DNA from: the human T2T-CHM13v2.0 reference genome, Homo sapiens
Reading direction: 5' to 3' (one strand)
DNA: 64,000 nt
Assembly: GCF_009914755.1 (NCBI RefSeq)
Contig: NC_060945.1
Positions 30,628-44,478 of this stretch are shown here, in pieces (position 1 is the stretch's first letter; every line of letters begins with the position of its first letter). The position numbers and the translations under genes were made by a program. The notes below the pieces were generated by a model. It worked only from the letters and a program-made list of their open reading frames with translations, searched no databases and was not told where the DNA came from.

Positions 30628-31783
30628 GTAGAGTTATACATTTACTTTTTATTGCAAGTGAAGAGAGATTATTATTCATTCATTCGTCTCGATAGTTACT
30701 ATTTTTTTAGTGGACTTTATTTTTAATTTGATATATTCTGTCTAGTAATTTTTGTTGGATTGCTACTGTTATTCACATAAAGCACAGAATTGAATGAAGG
30801 AAAAGGAATGTACAGAGTGCATTATCACATACTAATTAATACTTTATTTTATCCTCATGTTTTTTCCAGTGAGAGGGCTTCCATGATACAATTATGTTGG
30901 AATACAGGGATTAATGGGATGGTTGATAGATCCTTTGAAGATAATATTGGAGTTAAATACTGGGCTTGATATGATGCTCACTTTCTTTTTCATGTTGAAA
31001 GCTGAATTTAGCAACTTAGCATAGTCAGGGTATTATAGAGTTCTCACTTTTTCAGTGATTTTAAATGTAGATATTAGTTTTCAGGAAAAGATTGTACTCT
31101 ATCTTTTGAAAAATCAGTGAAGAGTGATACTACTCCATTTAAGCTAAATACCTGTTTCTTAAAATTTGGCCTAAGTAGTTTCTGTTTGGGTTCCCTAACA
31201 AGGGAGGAGACTCTTTAAATGTAACTTCATGTAATAATATTAGGTCCCAAAGCATAAACTTTTGAAAAATTGTTTTTCTCACATCACCCAATGCATCAAC
31301 TTTTGAAAGTTATCTTTTTCCAGATCAGCTAAAGTGTAAAATTTGAAAAAATGCTTTTTCTTCACGATCTTAAGTAGTGGATTCCCTGAAGTTCTGTTTG
31401 AACGTAGGTGGTTTGGGATTCAGAAAAAGACAATACTAACTCAGATGTTGGCCCTTTAAAAAGTCTTAGTGACATGTTCGTACGTTTTTGTTTGTTTCAA
31501 GTGGTAACAACTTATATATAAGTTGTTTTATATATATATGCACATATATATGAGTTAATATATATAAGTTTATATATATATGTAGAATATTTTACATAGT
31601 ACATTTACGTTGGGTCATTCATCTTAATCATTCTGATTTTATTTGAAGTAGAACACTATCTGATGCAGCGAGTAGGTCTCATCAGGTCATGACTAGGCAC
31701 TGTTTATAATACCCTGCATGAGCATTTCTACCTGTATTATATTGATTCCTAAAATTGATTGTTATTAAAATATTTAATTTGTT

Positions 31784-32091
<308 letters not shown>

Positions 32092-33320
32092 TCAATCCAG
32101 TGTTGAAGTCTTTGTACTTGGTATTAGTAAGTTGCTTTAGTGATTGTGTTATATAAAGGTGGCCTTAATACGTTTTCACTTGAACTATGTGTTTGCTTCA
32201 GTAAAAGTAATTTATTTCAGAGTACTTTCTTATCACTTTTTACATAGATCTTCCTAATACTTTCTTTCAAACCAATGGTTCTTCATTAGGGATGATTTTT
32301 AGTTTGTTTGCCAAAGTACCCCCACTGCAAAAGTCCCTCAACTTTTTGAGAACTTCTAGTTCATTGTCCCCTCTCAGCCCTTCTCTGTACTTCACTCCTT
32401 CCTTTTTCATCTAAAACCTAAAACTCTCTTTCCCCCCTTCCCTTCTGGCACCCCCTCCCTGTTCTCTAACCTTCATTAAGCTGTTCATCTTTTCTGTGTC
32501 TGTACTGAGTACCTGAAGATTGCTGGCAAAAAGTCACAGAAATGGGCTAACTGTAGTGGATCATGAATTTGAGTGATACTGAGCTTCCGTGCTCCCAATC
32601 CTATAACCCAACTTGTTCTGTGTAATCACCATTCTTTCTCTCATTTACTGCAATAAATATTTTCGTTTTTTCCACTCATTTCAGATCTAACTTATCTCTT
32701 CATTCTCTGAGAAAATCTTTACCTCAGATTTCATAGATTTACTGTCACATTAATGAAACTTAATCACAGGTTTTGCCCAGTCCCCGAATCTAATTTTACA
32801 TTTGTAGTTTTGTATCATATTCTAAAAACACAACATTCCCAAATATATGAGCCTCAGGCTCCATAACCTAGATCTATCACTACCTCTACTATATTTTTAC
32901 CTGCTCCTACATATAATAAAGGAATTACCCAGTTTTATATCAAAAGACTGTTCTTTATACGTGCTCAGAATTCCCTCCCTTCATGCTTTTACTCAGACCT
33001 TACTTCATTCGTTTTTTCTTGGCTTTTGAGCTTCTCCCACTCTTTCTTTCTCATCAATATTTACACATTGTCTGGTATCTCAAACCTTAAAAATTAAAAA
33101 CGTTATCCCCTCCCATACTCTTTTTCAGTTAATACCCTCTCTTGATTCTTATTCAAAATTAAGCCCCTTTAAAGAGAGGAGTTAGTTTCAACTGATTACT
33201 CCCCATTTATTAAACCTAGCCCCAGTTTAGTTTCTGGCTTCAGAACTTGTCTAAAAGGGATCTTGCTAAGGTTATTGATTTTCTACATGTGGTTAAATCC
33301 ATTAGATCCCTTTCAGTTTC

Positions 33321-35799
33321 TGATATAGTTTGGTCATGTCCCAAACCGAATCTCAACTTGATTGTATCTCGCAGAATTCCGTGTGTTGTGGGAGGGACCC
33401 AGGGGGAGGTAATTGAATTATGGGGGCTGGTCTTTCTCGTGCTATTCTTATGATAATGAATAAGTCTCCTGAGACTTATCATTTATTAAAGGCACTTCTT
33501 CCATGGCGGCGACAAGAGAAAATGAGGTAGAAGTAAAAGTGGAAACCCAGGATAAACCCTTGAGATTTATCTGGGGTTTCCACTTTTACTTCTACCTCAT
33601 TTCCTCTTGCTGCTGCCATGTAAGAAGTGCCTTTTGCCTCCTGCCATGATTCTGAGGCCTCCCCAGCCATGTGGAACTGTAAGTCCAATTAAACCTCTTT
33701 TTCTTCCCAGCCTTGCCTATGTCTTTATTAGCAGCTTGAGAATGGACTAATACAGTAAATTGGGTCCGGTAGAGTAGGACGTTGGTGAAAAGATACCTGA
33801 AAATGTGGAAGCAACTTTGGAGATAGGTAACAGGCAGAGGTTGGAACAGTTTGAAGGGCTCAGAAGAAGATAGGAAAATGTGGGAAAGTTTGGAACCTCC
33901 TAGAGATTTGTTGAATGGCTTTGACAAAAATGCTGATAGTGATATGAACAATAAGGTCCAGGCTGAGGTGGTCTCAGATGGAGATGAGGAACTTGTTGGG
34001 AACTGAAGCAAAGGTGACTCTTGTTATGTTTTAGCAAAGAGACTGGTGGCATTTTGCCTCTGCCCTAGAGATTTGTGGAACTTTGAACTTGAGAGAGATG
34101 ATTTAAGATATCGGTGGAAGAAATTTCTAAGCAGCAAAGCATTCAAGAGATGACTTGGGAGCTATTAAAAGCATTCCATTTTGAAAGGGAAACAGAGCAT
34201 AAAAGTTCAGAAAATTTGCAGCCTGATGATCCAGTAGAGCAGAAAACCCCATTTTTTGAGGAGAAATTCAAGTCGTGGCTGCAGAAATTTGTGTTAAGTA
34301 ACAAGGAGCCAAATGTTAATCCCCAAGACAATAGGGAAAATGTCTCCAGGATATGTTATAGGTCTTCCTGGCAGCCCCTCCCATCATAGACCCAGAGAAG
34401 CCTAGGAGGAAAAAATAGTTTCGTGGGCTGCCCGTGGTACTCATGCTGTGTGCAGCCTAGGAACTTGGTGCCCTGTGTCTCAGCTGCTCCAGCTTTTGCT
34501 AGAAGGGGCCAAGGTGTAGCTCGGCCCATTGTTTCAGAGGGTGCAAGCCCCAAACCTTGGCACCTTCCACGTGGTGTTGAGCCTGCGGGTGCACAGAAGT
34601 CAAGAAGTGAGGTTTGGGCACCTCCACCTAGATTTCAGAAGATGTATAGAAATGCCTGGATGTCCAGGCAGAAGTTTGCTACAGAGTTGGGGTCCTCATG
34701 GACAACCTCTGCTAGGGCAGTACGGAAGAGAAATGTGGGGTTGGAGCCCACACAGAGAGTCCCTACTGGGGCACCACCTAGTGGAACTGTGAGAAGAAGG
34801 CCACTGTCCTCCAGACCCCAGAATGTTAGATCCACTGATAGCTTGCATTGTGTACCTGGAAAAGCTGCAGACACTCAACACCAACCCGTGAAAGCAGCCA
34901 GGAGGGAGGCTGTACCTTGCAAAGCCACAGGGGCGGAGCTGCCCAGGACCATGGGAACCTACCTCTTGCATCAGTGTGACCTGGATGTGAGAGCTGGCAT
35001 CCAAGGAGAGCATTTCAGAGCCTTAAAATTTGACTGCCCTGTTGGATTTCAGACTGTAACCCCTTTGTTTTGGCCTGTTTCTCCCATGTGGAATGGCTGT
35101 ATTTACCCAGTACCTGTACTCCAATTGTAACTCTTCTCAGGAAAAAAATCAGTCAGTGTTACAGTTTTTAGGTTCAGGTGAGAATCCTTACATAATCTTA
35201 ATTTTAGTAGCCAAAAGGCCATGTTGAGGATCATTAATTTTCTCCCTTCTTATAGGGAGTAACTAGCTTGCTTTTGATATTACAGGCTTGTAGGCGGAAG
35301 GGACTTAACCTTGTCTTAGATGTGGTTTGGACTGTGGACTTTTGGGTTAATGCTAAAATGAGCTAAGACTTTGGGGGATTGTTGGGAAGACATGATTGGT
35401 TTTGAAATGTGAGGACATGAGATTTGGAGGGGCTAGGGCTGGAATGATGTGGTTCAGCTGTGTCCTGATGTAAATCTCAACTTGAATTATATCTCCCAGA
35501 GTTCCCACATGTTGTGGGAGGGACCCAGGCGGAGGTAACTGAATCATGGTGGGGCAGTCTTTCCTGTGCTATTCTCATGATATTGAATACATCTCATGAG
35601 ATCTAATGAGTTTATCATGGGTTTCCACTTTTGCTTCTTCCTCATCTTCTCTTGCCTCTGCCATGTAAGAAGTGCCTTTTGCCTCCCGCCACGATTCTGA
35701 GGGCTTCCCAGCCATGTGGAACTGTAGTTCCAATTAATCCTCTTTTTCTTCCCAGTTTGGGATGTGTCTTTATCAGCAGCGTGATAATGGACTAATACA
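33321..35799 (+). mobile_element. Full-length THE1A MaLR retroposon (5' LTR 33321-33754, internal 33755-35444, 3' LTR 35445-35799)
   Basis: Both LTRs run TG...ggactaatACA and match recalled THE1A; purine tract before the 3' LTR; TSD gtttc/ctttc. Confidence 0.93.
35128..35256 (+). repeat. 129-bp direct copy of 37987-38115 (exon-10 acceptor region) inside THE1A-int
   Basis: Ungapped hand alignment, 118/129 identical, offset 2859. Confidence 0.95.
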
Positions 35800-36256
35800 C
35801 TTTCCATATTGAATTCTTACCAGTTGTTAATGCTGATGACTCTTAACCTCTTCTTCCTCCTTTTTCCTATTCTTTCCTTAAAAACACATTTCTCTGGCTT
35901 TTGTAACACCATATTCTTGTGGCTTTTTTCCTGCCTCAGTGGGTACTTCTAAGAAAAGTTGTATTTATAGTCTCTTTTTGCATATAAAGGTAGCAGAACC
36001 TTAGGACTTTGTTTAGGCCCATTTCTTCTTCCTGTCCCATCCCCTAGGCATCTCATTCAGTGCCTTAATTTCCTGCTGTCAATAAGCCAGCAATTCTATC
36101 TTTATTCCAGAATGTTAATCTTAGTTACAGATTCATATTCAACTGTCTTCTCAAATTGAAATCTCATGGATCATAATGAACCAGTGATTTCCACTGCTAC
36201 CTCAAAACTAAAGAAAAAAAAAATCCTGTGTTCTTACTTAAGTGGTGCCATTTTCA

Positions 36257-36580
<324 letters not shown>

Positions 36581-36923
36581 CTAGTTGTTCAAAAAAAAAA
36601 AAATAGTAATCATTATCATCATCTAGTTGTTCATGCCAGAATTCTGTTATTCTTGATATTTTCCTTCTTACCTATCTCTTATCCTGCTCAGTCAAGTCCT
36701 GTTGGTGCCCTTCCTTGCATATATGTATAAATGTATATGTATGTAATTTTATCTCTTTTCTGTATTTTTACTTTTAACAACCTTCATCCATGCTACCTTT
36801 ATTTCTGGATAGATTCTGCAATAGTCTTTTAACAGATGACCACCCACTTCACACAGGGACTTTAAAGGTGTTTCAGAGACATAAACCTGAGCCTGTTATT
36901 CTTAGATTTAACCATTCAGTGAC

Positions 36924-37307
36924 TGTATTAGTCCATTTACATGCTGCTGATAAAGACATACCCGAGACCGGGCAATTTGCAAAAGAAAGAGGTTTAATGG
37001 ACTCACAGTTTTACATGGCTGGGGAGGCCTAACAATCATGGGCTGGGGAGGCCTAACATGGCAGAAGGTGAAGGGCATGTCTCACTTGGTGGCAGACAAG
37101 AGAAGAGAACAAGAGCCAAGCCAAAGGGGAAACCCCTTATAAAACCATCACATCTCATGAGGCATATTCACTACCACGAGAACGGTATGGGGGAAACCGC
37201 CCCCATGATTGAATTATCTCCTGCTGAATCCCTCCCACAATACAGGAGAATTATGGGAGCTACAATTTAAGATGAGATTTGAGTGGGGACACAGCCAAAC
37301 CGTATCA
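36924..37307 (-). mobile_element. THE1B-like solo LTR, antisense
   Basis: tgtattagtcc...ggggacacagccaaaccgtatca; perfect 5-bp TSD gtgac; short internal duplication of ggctggggaggcctaaca. Confidence 0.9.
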
Positions 37308-37312
37308 GTGAC

Positions 37313-37870
37313 TTTGCATTATACCCAGAATGTGGTGGGGAAAAAAATTCTTAATAGGACCACAAGACCTTGTAGATTTTAACTCACTGCCTGACTTTTC
37401 ATTGTAATCTCTCCCTTGGTTCCCCAAGCTACACTAACCTCCTGTTAGTTCCTAAACATATCAACTTCTTTACTGCCTTAAAGTCTTCATCATGCTGTTC
37501 CATGGCCAAGAATACTCTATAGTCCCCCAGCACTCTGGCATGGCTAACTCCCACTCATTATTCAAGTCTGAGCTTAAATGTCCTTTGCCATGGAGGTCTT
37601 CCCTGCTCTCCCCACCACCTCCAAGACTAAGCTCCCATTTTTATACCTCTCACATAATTCTGTCTCATCACAACTTTCTTTTTATAACAATTGTAATATA
37701 ATTATTTGTAATTATTTGTTTATAAATATATGTGAAGTTAATGGGTATAATGTTTTTTAAATGAGGCTGAGAATTTTCTCAGCTCAGGGACCATATCTCT
37801 CTTGTTCACTGCTGTATATATTCCCAGTGTTCAGTACAGTATCTTGCCCTTAGAAAATGCTTCTTGCGAG
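37313..37870 (+). mobile_element. L2 3' portion; further L2 pieces at ~32300-33320, 35805-36250 and 36600-36920 are split by later insertions
   Basis: ctaactcccactcattattcaagtctgagcttaaatgtc...tcttgttcactgctgtat...cccagtgttcagtacagt. Confidence 0.7.
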
Positions 37871-38114
37871 AAAAAATATACATACATATGTGTGTATATA
37901 ATTACATATATGTGGATGTGTAATATCTATGGCTGGGTATAAATGTACATTTGCACATGTGTATAAACCAACAGGAAAATTAACACTAACACTTCTCAGG
38001 AATGAAATCAGTCAGTGTTACAATTTTCAGGTTCAGGTGAGAATCCTTACGTACTCTTAATTTTAGTAGCCAGAAGGCCATATTGAGTATTATTAATTTT
38101 CTCCCTTCTTATAG

Positions 38115-38263
38115 GTAAAAAATTTGAAAACACTGAAATGTTTGGTCAGTACCCACTTCAGGTCAATGGGTTCAAAGATCTGCATGAGTGCCTAGAAGCT
38201 GCAATGATTGAAGGAGAAATTGAGTCTTTACATTCAGAGAATTCAGGAAAATCAGGCCAAGAG
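38115..38263 (+). CDS. USP25: USP25 exon ~10
   Basis: cttatag|GT AAA AAA...CAA GAG|gtgagt; 149 nt; [16 protein letters not shown]...SGKSGQE; overlaps ORF 38138..38332. Confidence 0.95.
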
Positions 38264-41200
38264 GTGAGTTTAACATTTTCATTGTCCCCTTTCTTCCCTA
38301 GGTCTTTCTTACAATGCTATAGCACAATGTAAGGTTCTAATTATAGAGCTACCTAATAATTGAGAGAGAATACTCAGAGAGTATGTTTGGATTTAATTGG
38401 TAATTTAGACATTCAGGAGACCTGTCCAGTCAATATGGCCTATAATCTATGTCAAATTCTCACTTAAATAATTTATCTCAGAATTTTAAAATCTTAGGAC
38501 ATTGTTCAGTCTTTTTAGACCTTTCAATCAAGGTACCAGCCATTAGCAGCATGCTAGTTCCTCGATATAAAGAAGAAAAATCCTGATATTACAGTGGATT
38601 TTAAAACAGATATATGCTACTTATATCAACTGTTATTGGAATTTGTCCACGATGCCCAGATTCCTTTTCTTGTAAAATTGCTATGTGATTGCATAAGGTC
38701 AGATGGAAGAACTTCCCTTCTCAAGGAAGAAATCATTTTTATAAAATATTGTTAACTTATATGTCTACCTCAACTAGTTTCTTTCTTTCCAGCCATCTCT
38801 GTTTCTTTATCCATCTCTGTAGCTGCATCTGTGTAGCCATTCATCCATGCATTCATCTGTCAGGGAGTTTTGGCACTGTAATAGTAAGCAAAGGACATAC
38901 GTGCTTCCCCAATCAGTTACTGTTAAGAAATTGCTGATAGTTGTCTAGCTGTTAAACTCCATGAATGTGGCTAGAGGTCTTTATCTGTGTCATTCACTAT
39001 TATATCCCTAGTGGTAATATGGTAACTGCATACATAATACTTATTGAGTGAATGAATGAAATGTCTTGGTGCTTATCAAACAAGTTTCTGAGGTCTTTAT
39101 ACTGAATAGGTGCTTAATAAATATTAAGTGATACGATGTCTCTGTGTTTATCTAAAAGGAGACTTTGTTCTTGTGTTTTTGAGAACAAATTGCTTTTGTC
39201 TAAATTTTAATTTTTTTTTCTTAAAGATGCAGTTAACCCTTTCCTGTTTCAAGTGCATACTCATTTTTTTCCTCTTCCCCCCCACATACATAAACAAACA
39301 AAAATATGCTTTTCCTGTTAAGAGGAAGAGATGTATTTGAAATAGTCTTTCTCTCTACATCGTAGATCATCTATTTCAGTGATTCTCAATAGAGAATAGC
39401 CAGACTTCAAAGTTATCCAGGCAGGGTCTACGATAGGGATGTGGTATATGGACACAAGAGCTGCACAAGTAATTCTGATAAAAACCTCTAAATAAGAATG
39501 TTTAAATTCAGCTTATTTTATTGATTGGGAAACAGATCTCTTAAGAGTGGGACTTTACCAGTATCCCACAATGGAATAAGAAAGCAGACTCTTAAAATCC
39601 GATCTGTTTGCTGTTAAATGAAAGGATGATTGGGGTAGTAAGGCAGGGATGGTACTTGTTTTTATATTATCAGAGTAGCTGAAATACACTATGGTTTATT
39701 GGTAATCTTTCTCACATATTCCCAGCTTTTAAAAATTTTTATTGTACACAGAATTGAAATTTTATTGTTTATTTAAAATATCTTAGATTTGTCCTCCATC
39801 TTTTTATTGGTTTTATACTCTGAATGCCCCTATGTTGCAATATAAATGTTCTGCCTAGGTTTTTTCATCTAGCCTAGGGAATATAATGATTTATGATGGT
39901 TCTCTATTTTAGCAGTTTCTAATCTCCACTACTGTGGCAAATTTGATTGCCTGTGATTCCTGCTACCATTTTTCTAGATTTGCTGGAGGCTATAGTTTCA
40001 ATAATAATTCAGCTTGATTTAAGAGACTGTCACTGACTAAAGTATAGTATCAGTTTTTAAAAAATAACATATTTAAATTATAGTCTTATTATATCCTTTA
40101 GAAAAAGTATTCTTGAATCTCTAAAAGCCAGTAAGTAACATTACAGACTATTTCTAAATTGGCATAATCCCTGATAACAATAGCTTTTTCCTCAATCTAT
40201 TAAAAATTGTTGATTTTATTTTGGCCCAGAGAACATCTTATTTGCTGAAATAGCTGTGGCCAACTAATATATAGGAAGACCTCCAGTCTTCCAAGCTAAA
40301 ACATCCAATTGGCTATAAGAGTTTAAATTTTGTGGATGATATACTAAGAGACAACTGAATAAGTTAAACATGATTATATCCAAAATAACTGCTTAAATAT
40401 TTTTTAAATGATACATTTTAACTTTTAAATGGTATGCAATTTGTAGATGAGTCAGACTCTCCAGGAAACATGGAGATATTTTTTGATTGTCTGTTGGAGG
40501 AAAAAAATTTCAGATAGTAAATACTTCACTTGTAGTGTGAGTATTCACTACTACCAGTGTGTGCTGTGTGTTCTTTTAGACTATTGCTATGCACATATAA
40601 GTATTTGCATCTGTCCACACTGCCCCGAAAGTTGCATTTTTCACTCAGCAGTATATCATGAGCATGCTTCTAAGTTAGTGTAGAGCTTTACGTCAGTGTT
40701 TTTAAAATCTACATAGTGTCACATAGTCTGTATTTATAAAATTAAATTGATTTAATTATCCTGTAAGGCAGTAACTCGAAAAAGAACTATTCTGAAGAAT
40801 GTCTTTGTATAAATACCCTTGCGCACTTAGGAATGAAGTATAGTTAGAAGTAGAATCTTTGGGTCACAGGGCATACTCATTTAGATGTGTTGGCACTGCC
40901 AAATTTCCCTTCACAAAGTTGTACCAAGTTATAATAAAGTGCTAGAAGGAGTTTTTACAAAGCTTTAAAAACAAAATTAGAGAAACAATATCGACATGTA
41001 CCATATTAGACATCTGTAGAGGTTATATGGGGAACTTAACTTTTGAAATCAAAGGGCAAATGAGTCAAGGCAATTAAATGACTGGAGCTAATTTTTTAAC
41101 TGGAATAAAAAGTTTTTGCTTCTTGTGCATAGTTTACATCCTGGCTTGGTTTGATATTCCGTGGGGAATTTGAAGTGATAGGTGTGTTTTTTCTGTTGTT

Positions 41201-43455
41201 TTTTTCTCTCCACATTTGTGTAATCCTCTCATAAAAGCAAGGTATCTTATACACTTTAATAGAAAACCAGCTATTAAAACTCATAAAAATGACATACTCT
41301 TTAGGAACTACTTTTGTTAACAGGTGAGATTTCTAGAATTGTGATGAATTTAGAAGCACTTGTGCTGCCAATACTGATTATGTAAGTTCTTTATTCACTA
41401 ACTGCAGAAATCTATTCCTCCTGTAGTTTCATTATCTAGTAAAATAATAATATGTTTAGAGATATGGAGAATGACCTCTGTCTCACAAGCATGGCATACT
41501 AGTTAGATTGTAGACAAGTAGATATAGTTTTTTGTTGAATGGAAATATTTTTTTGAAAGAAAAATTTCTCATGTTTCGTATTATTTAAAATTCAAATTAT
41601 GTACTGCTATACTACAATCCAAATATTGCAGAGCTAGACATACCATTAATATTTTAAAACATGAATTTACAGAATGTCTGGTTATCTCATCTTGTCCCCA
41701 TCAGCTTTAGAATGAGAAAGTGAAATCCTTCCACTCTTGTAGTAGGAAAAACCTGCCATCGCTGATAGAGGAAAATGCATTCATAACAGAGACATATTAC
41801 ATAACATTTTTGAACATCCTTTTGTAAGGTATGGAAGCTATTTATATTTCCTGGACTTTTCATGGTCTACAGAAAAGTGTACCCCAGTTTGGGTCATTTC
41901 ATTTCTTGTGGCCATTGTAGATTTCCATGAATTAAAATATGTAACTATTTAATTTTAATGGTGACATTTAAAGTATTGCAATAAAATATGAAAGTGATAG
42001 TTCTTGAAATCTACTTTCTTGTTTGAGTATCATAAAATGGAGCAGAGAATATTATCCTAAAGAATCAAAAGTGTTCTTTCTGATGTGTCTGGGGTAATGT
42101 TTTAATTCTTAATAATAATTTTATATGTGGATTAGAACTAACTCAAAAATTCTTGCCAGTTCCATGTGAGATCAAAATGAGTAAGCAAACTTTGCTAATC
42201 AAATTTTAAAACTTGAGATGTTTCTTATATTTTTCATAATTTTATTTAATCCGTTTCAGGTATTATCCATATAAAACAAATTCCTTAAACTTTAGCTTTC
42301 AGTAAAAGATAACCATCCAGCTCAGGAAATCTCAGTTCAAGTAATTATAGCATTTTGAAAGAGAAATAGTATTGAATACCATTTGCTTTTATTTGCTGTA
42401 GAGAAAAGTAGCAACTTTCCAGATCCTCCTCAGATTCAGTTTGCCAGATGTGTGCCATTCATGCTTTTTTTGGATGTTCAAATTTAAATTTGGTATATTC
42501 TTAACTTATTGACAGATGTGTGGTGGCATTTTGTGACACTTGAAATTATCACACACAATAGATTATGCAGCAGTTTCGCATATTGCAGTTTATAATAAGC
42601 ACTTCAGAACTATTTTATACTTCTGTTCTTTGTTGATTTACATACAATCTTTCTTTCTCTTTAAATACATATGCTTATGTATAATTTGAGGTTGTATATG
42701 AAAATAATTTTCTTTTAAAAATGTTGAATTTCATGCTTAATTGAACAGTTACCAAAGCATGTATGGGGATTAGGGGCTGGGGGTAGGGGAAGGAAATTAC
42801 GGCTATACTCATTATCAGAATTTGGCTCATAGCAATGAGACATTCAATTCTTTAAACACTAGTTATTTTAAAAGATTTTAAGTAAATTACTCTAAGTATT
42901 AACTTTTTGTTAGTGATATGTCTTTTTCATAAATTAGTATGAAATCCAGCAGAGGAGCTAAAGCTAAAACAGGAAAACACCATTTTTTCATTTTTAGTAT
43001 GAGAGTTGTGACGATTTATGATATAAATTTTTTTTTGAGTACTCCCTCTCATAAGTTATTTTATCACAGGATTTTGATGCTTTGGTTAAGTATAAGTGCC
43101 ATTCAACATCACGTTGAAGAAGACAGAGAAGACTTGAGCTACTAAGTCATGGTTTTAACCAGTGTCTTTTTCTTTGGGCTAGAAATTCTAATGTAAAGAA
43201 TTATTTTCGAAGGATAGTTGTGAGATTTCTTTTTTTCCTGATCATATATTATACCCACTCTTGGAATTTTCAAGAGGTGTGGAAAACTTTTAGAAAGAGG
43301 TTGAGTTTTAACTAAACTGTGTACCCAGTTACTTGTCAGGTCCGCATTGTGGTGATACATATAACAATGTCAGTGCCCACATCCTGTGCCTAAGATTGCA
43401 GTGAAGAAAACAAAGGTGGTATTAAAGTTTTTGTTATTGTTTTATTTCCTTTCAG

Positions 43456-43583
43456 CATTGGTTTACTGAATTACCACCTGTGTTAACATTTGAATTGTCA
43501 AGATTTGAATTTAATCAGGCATTGGGAAGACCAGAAAAAATTCACAACAAATTAGAATTTCCCCAAGTTTTATATTTGGACAG
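43456..43583 (+). CDS. USP25: USP25 exon ~11
   Basis: tttcag|CAT TGG...GAC AG|gtatgg; 128 nt; [17 protein letters not shown]...FPQVLYLDR. Confidence 0.95.
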
Positions 43584-43893
43584 GTATGGTTTGATATACT
43601 GCATGACTTAGTTTGAAACAGTTTAGTAAGGGAGAAAATATTGTTTAGAGGAAAATTCTGCATAATTTTCTTAGAATTAATTTCTACTTTTGCATAATAT
43701 ACCTAATACCATTTGTCAAGGTAGATGAAATTTACTTTGTATTAGAAAAGTATAGTTTTTGGGAATAATGTTATAAGGAAATTTAAAAAAGATGAATTTT
43801 GTAATCTTAAAATTCAGAATTTTAAAAAATACCATTTTGTATTATCTACCTTACATCTTATACAATTTTGAATGAATTGATGCTTTGTGGTGA

Positions 43894-44325
<432 letters not shown>

Positions 44326-44382
44326 ATATTGCATCTACTTTCATGATATTCGGAAATGCTAATGATTACCTTTTTCTGATAG

Positions 44383-44478
44383 ATACATGCACAGAAACAG
44401 AGAAATAACAAGAATTAAGAGGGAAGAGATCAAGAGACTGAAAGATTACCTCACGGTATTACAACAAAGGCTAGAAAG
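44383..44478 (+). CDS. USP25: USP25 exon ~12 (coiled-coil part of the catalytic-domain insertion)
   Basis: tgatag|A TAC ATG...GAA AG|gtattt; 96 nt; [32 protein letters not shown]. Confidence 0.95.

Noticed and set aside
34423-35130. 235-aa ORF, the longest in the window
   Set aside because: Lies wholly in THE1A internal sequence, starts at GTG, and ends at a TAA brought by the 129-bp insertion; no sign of a functional gene
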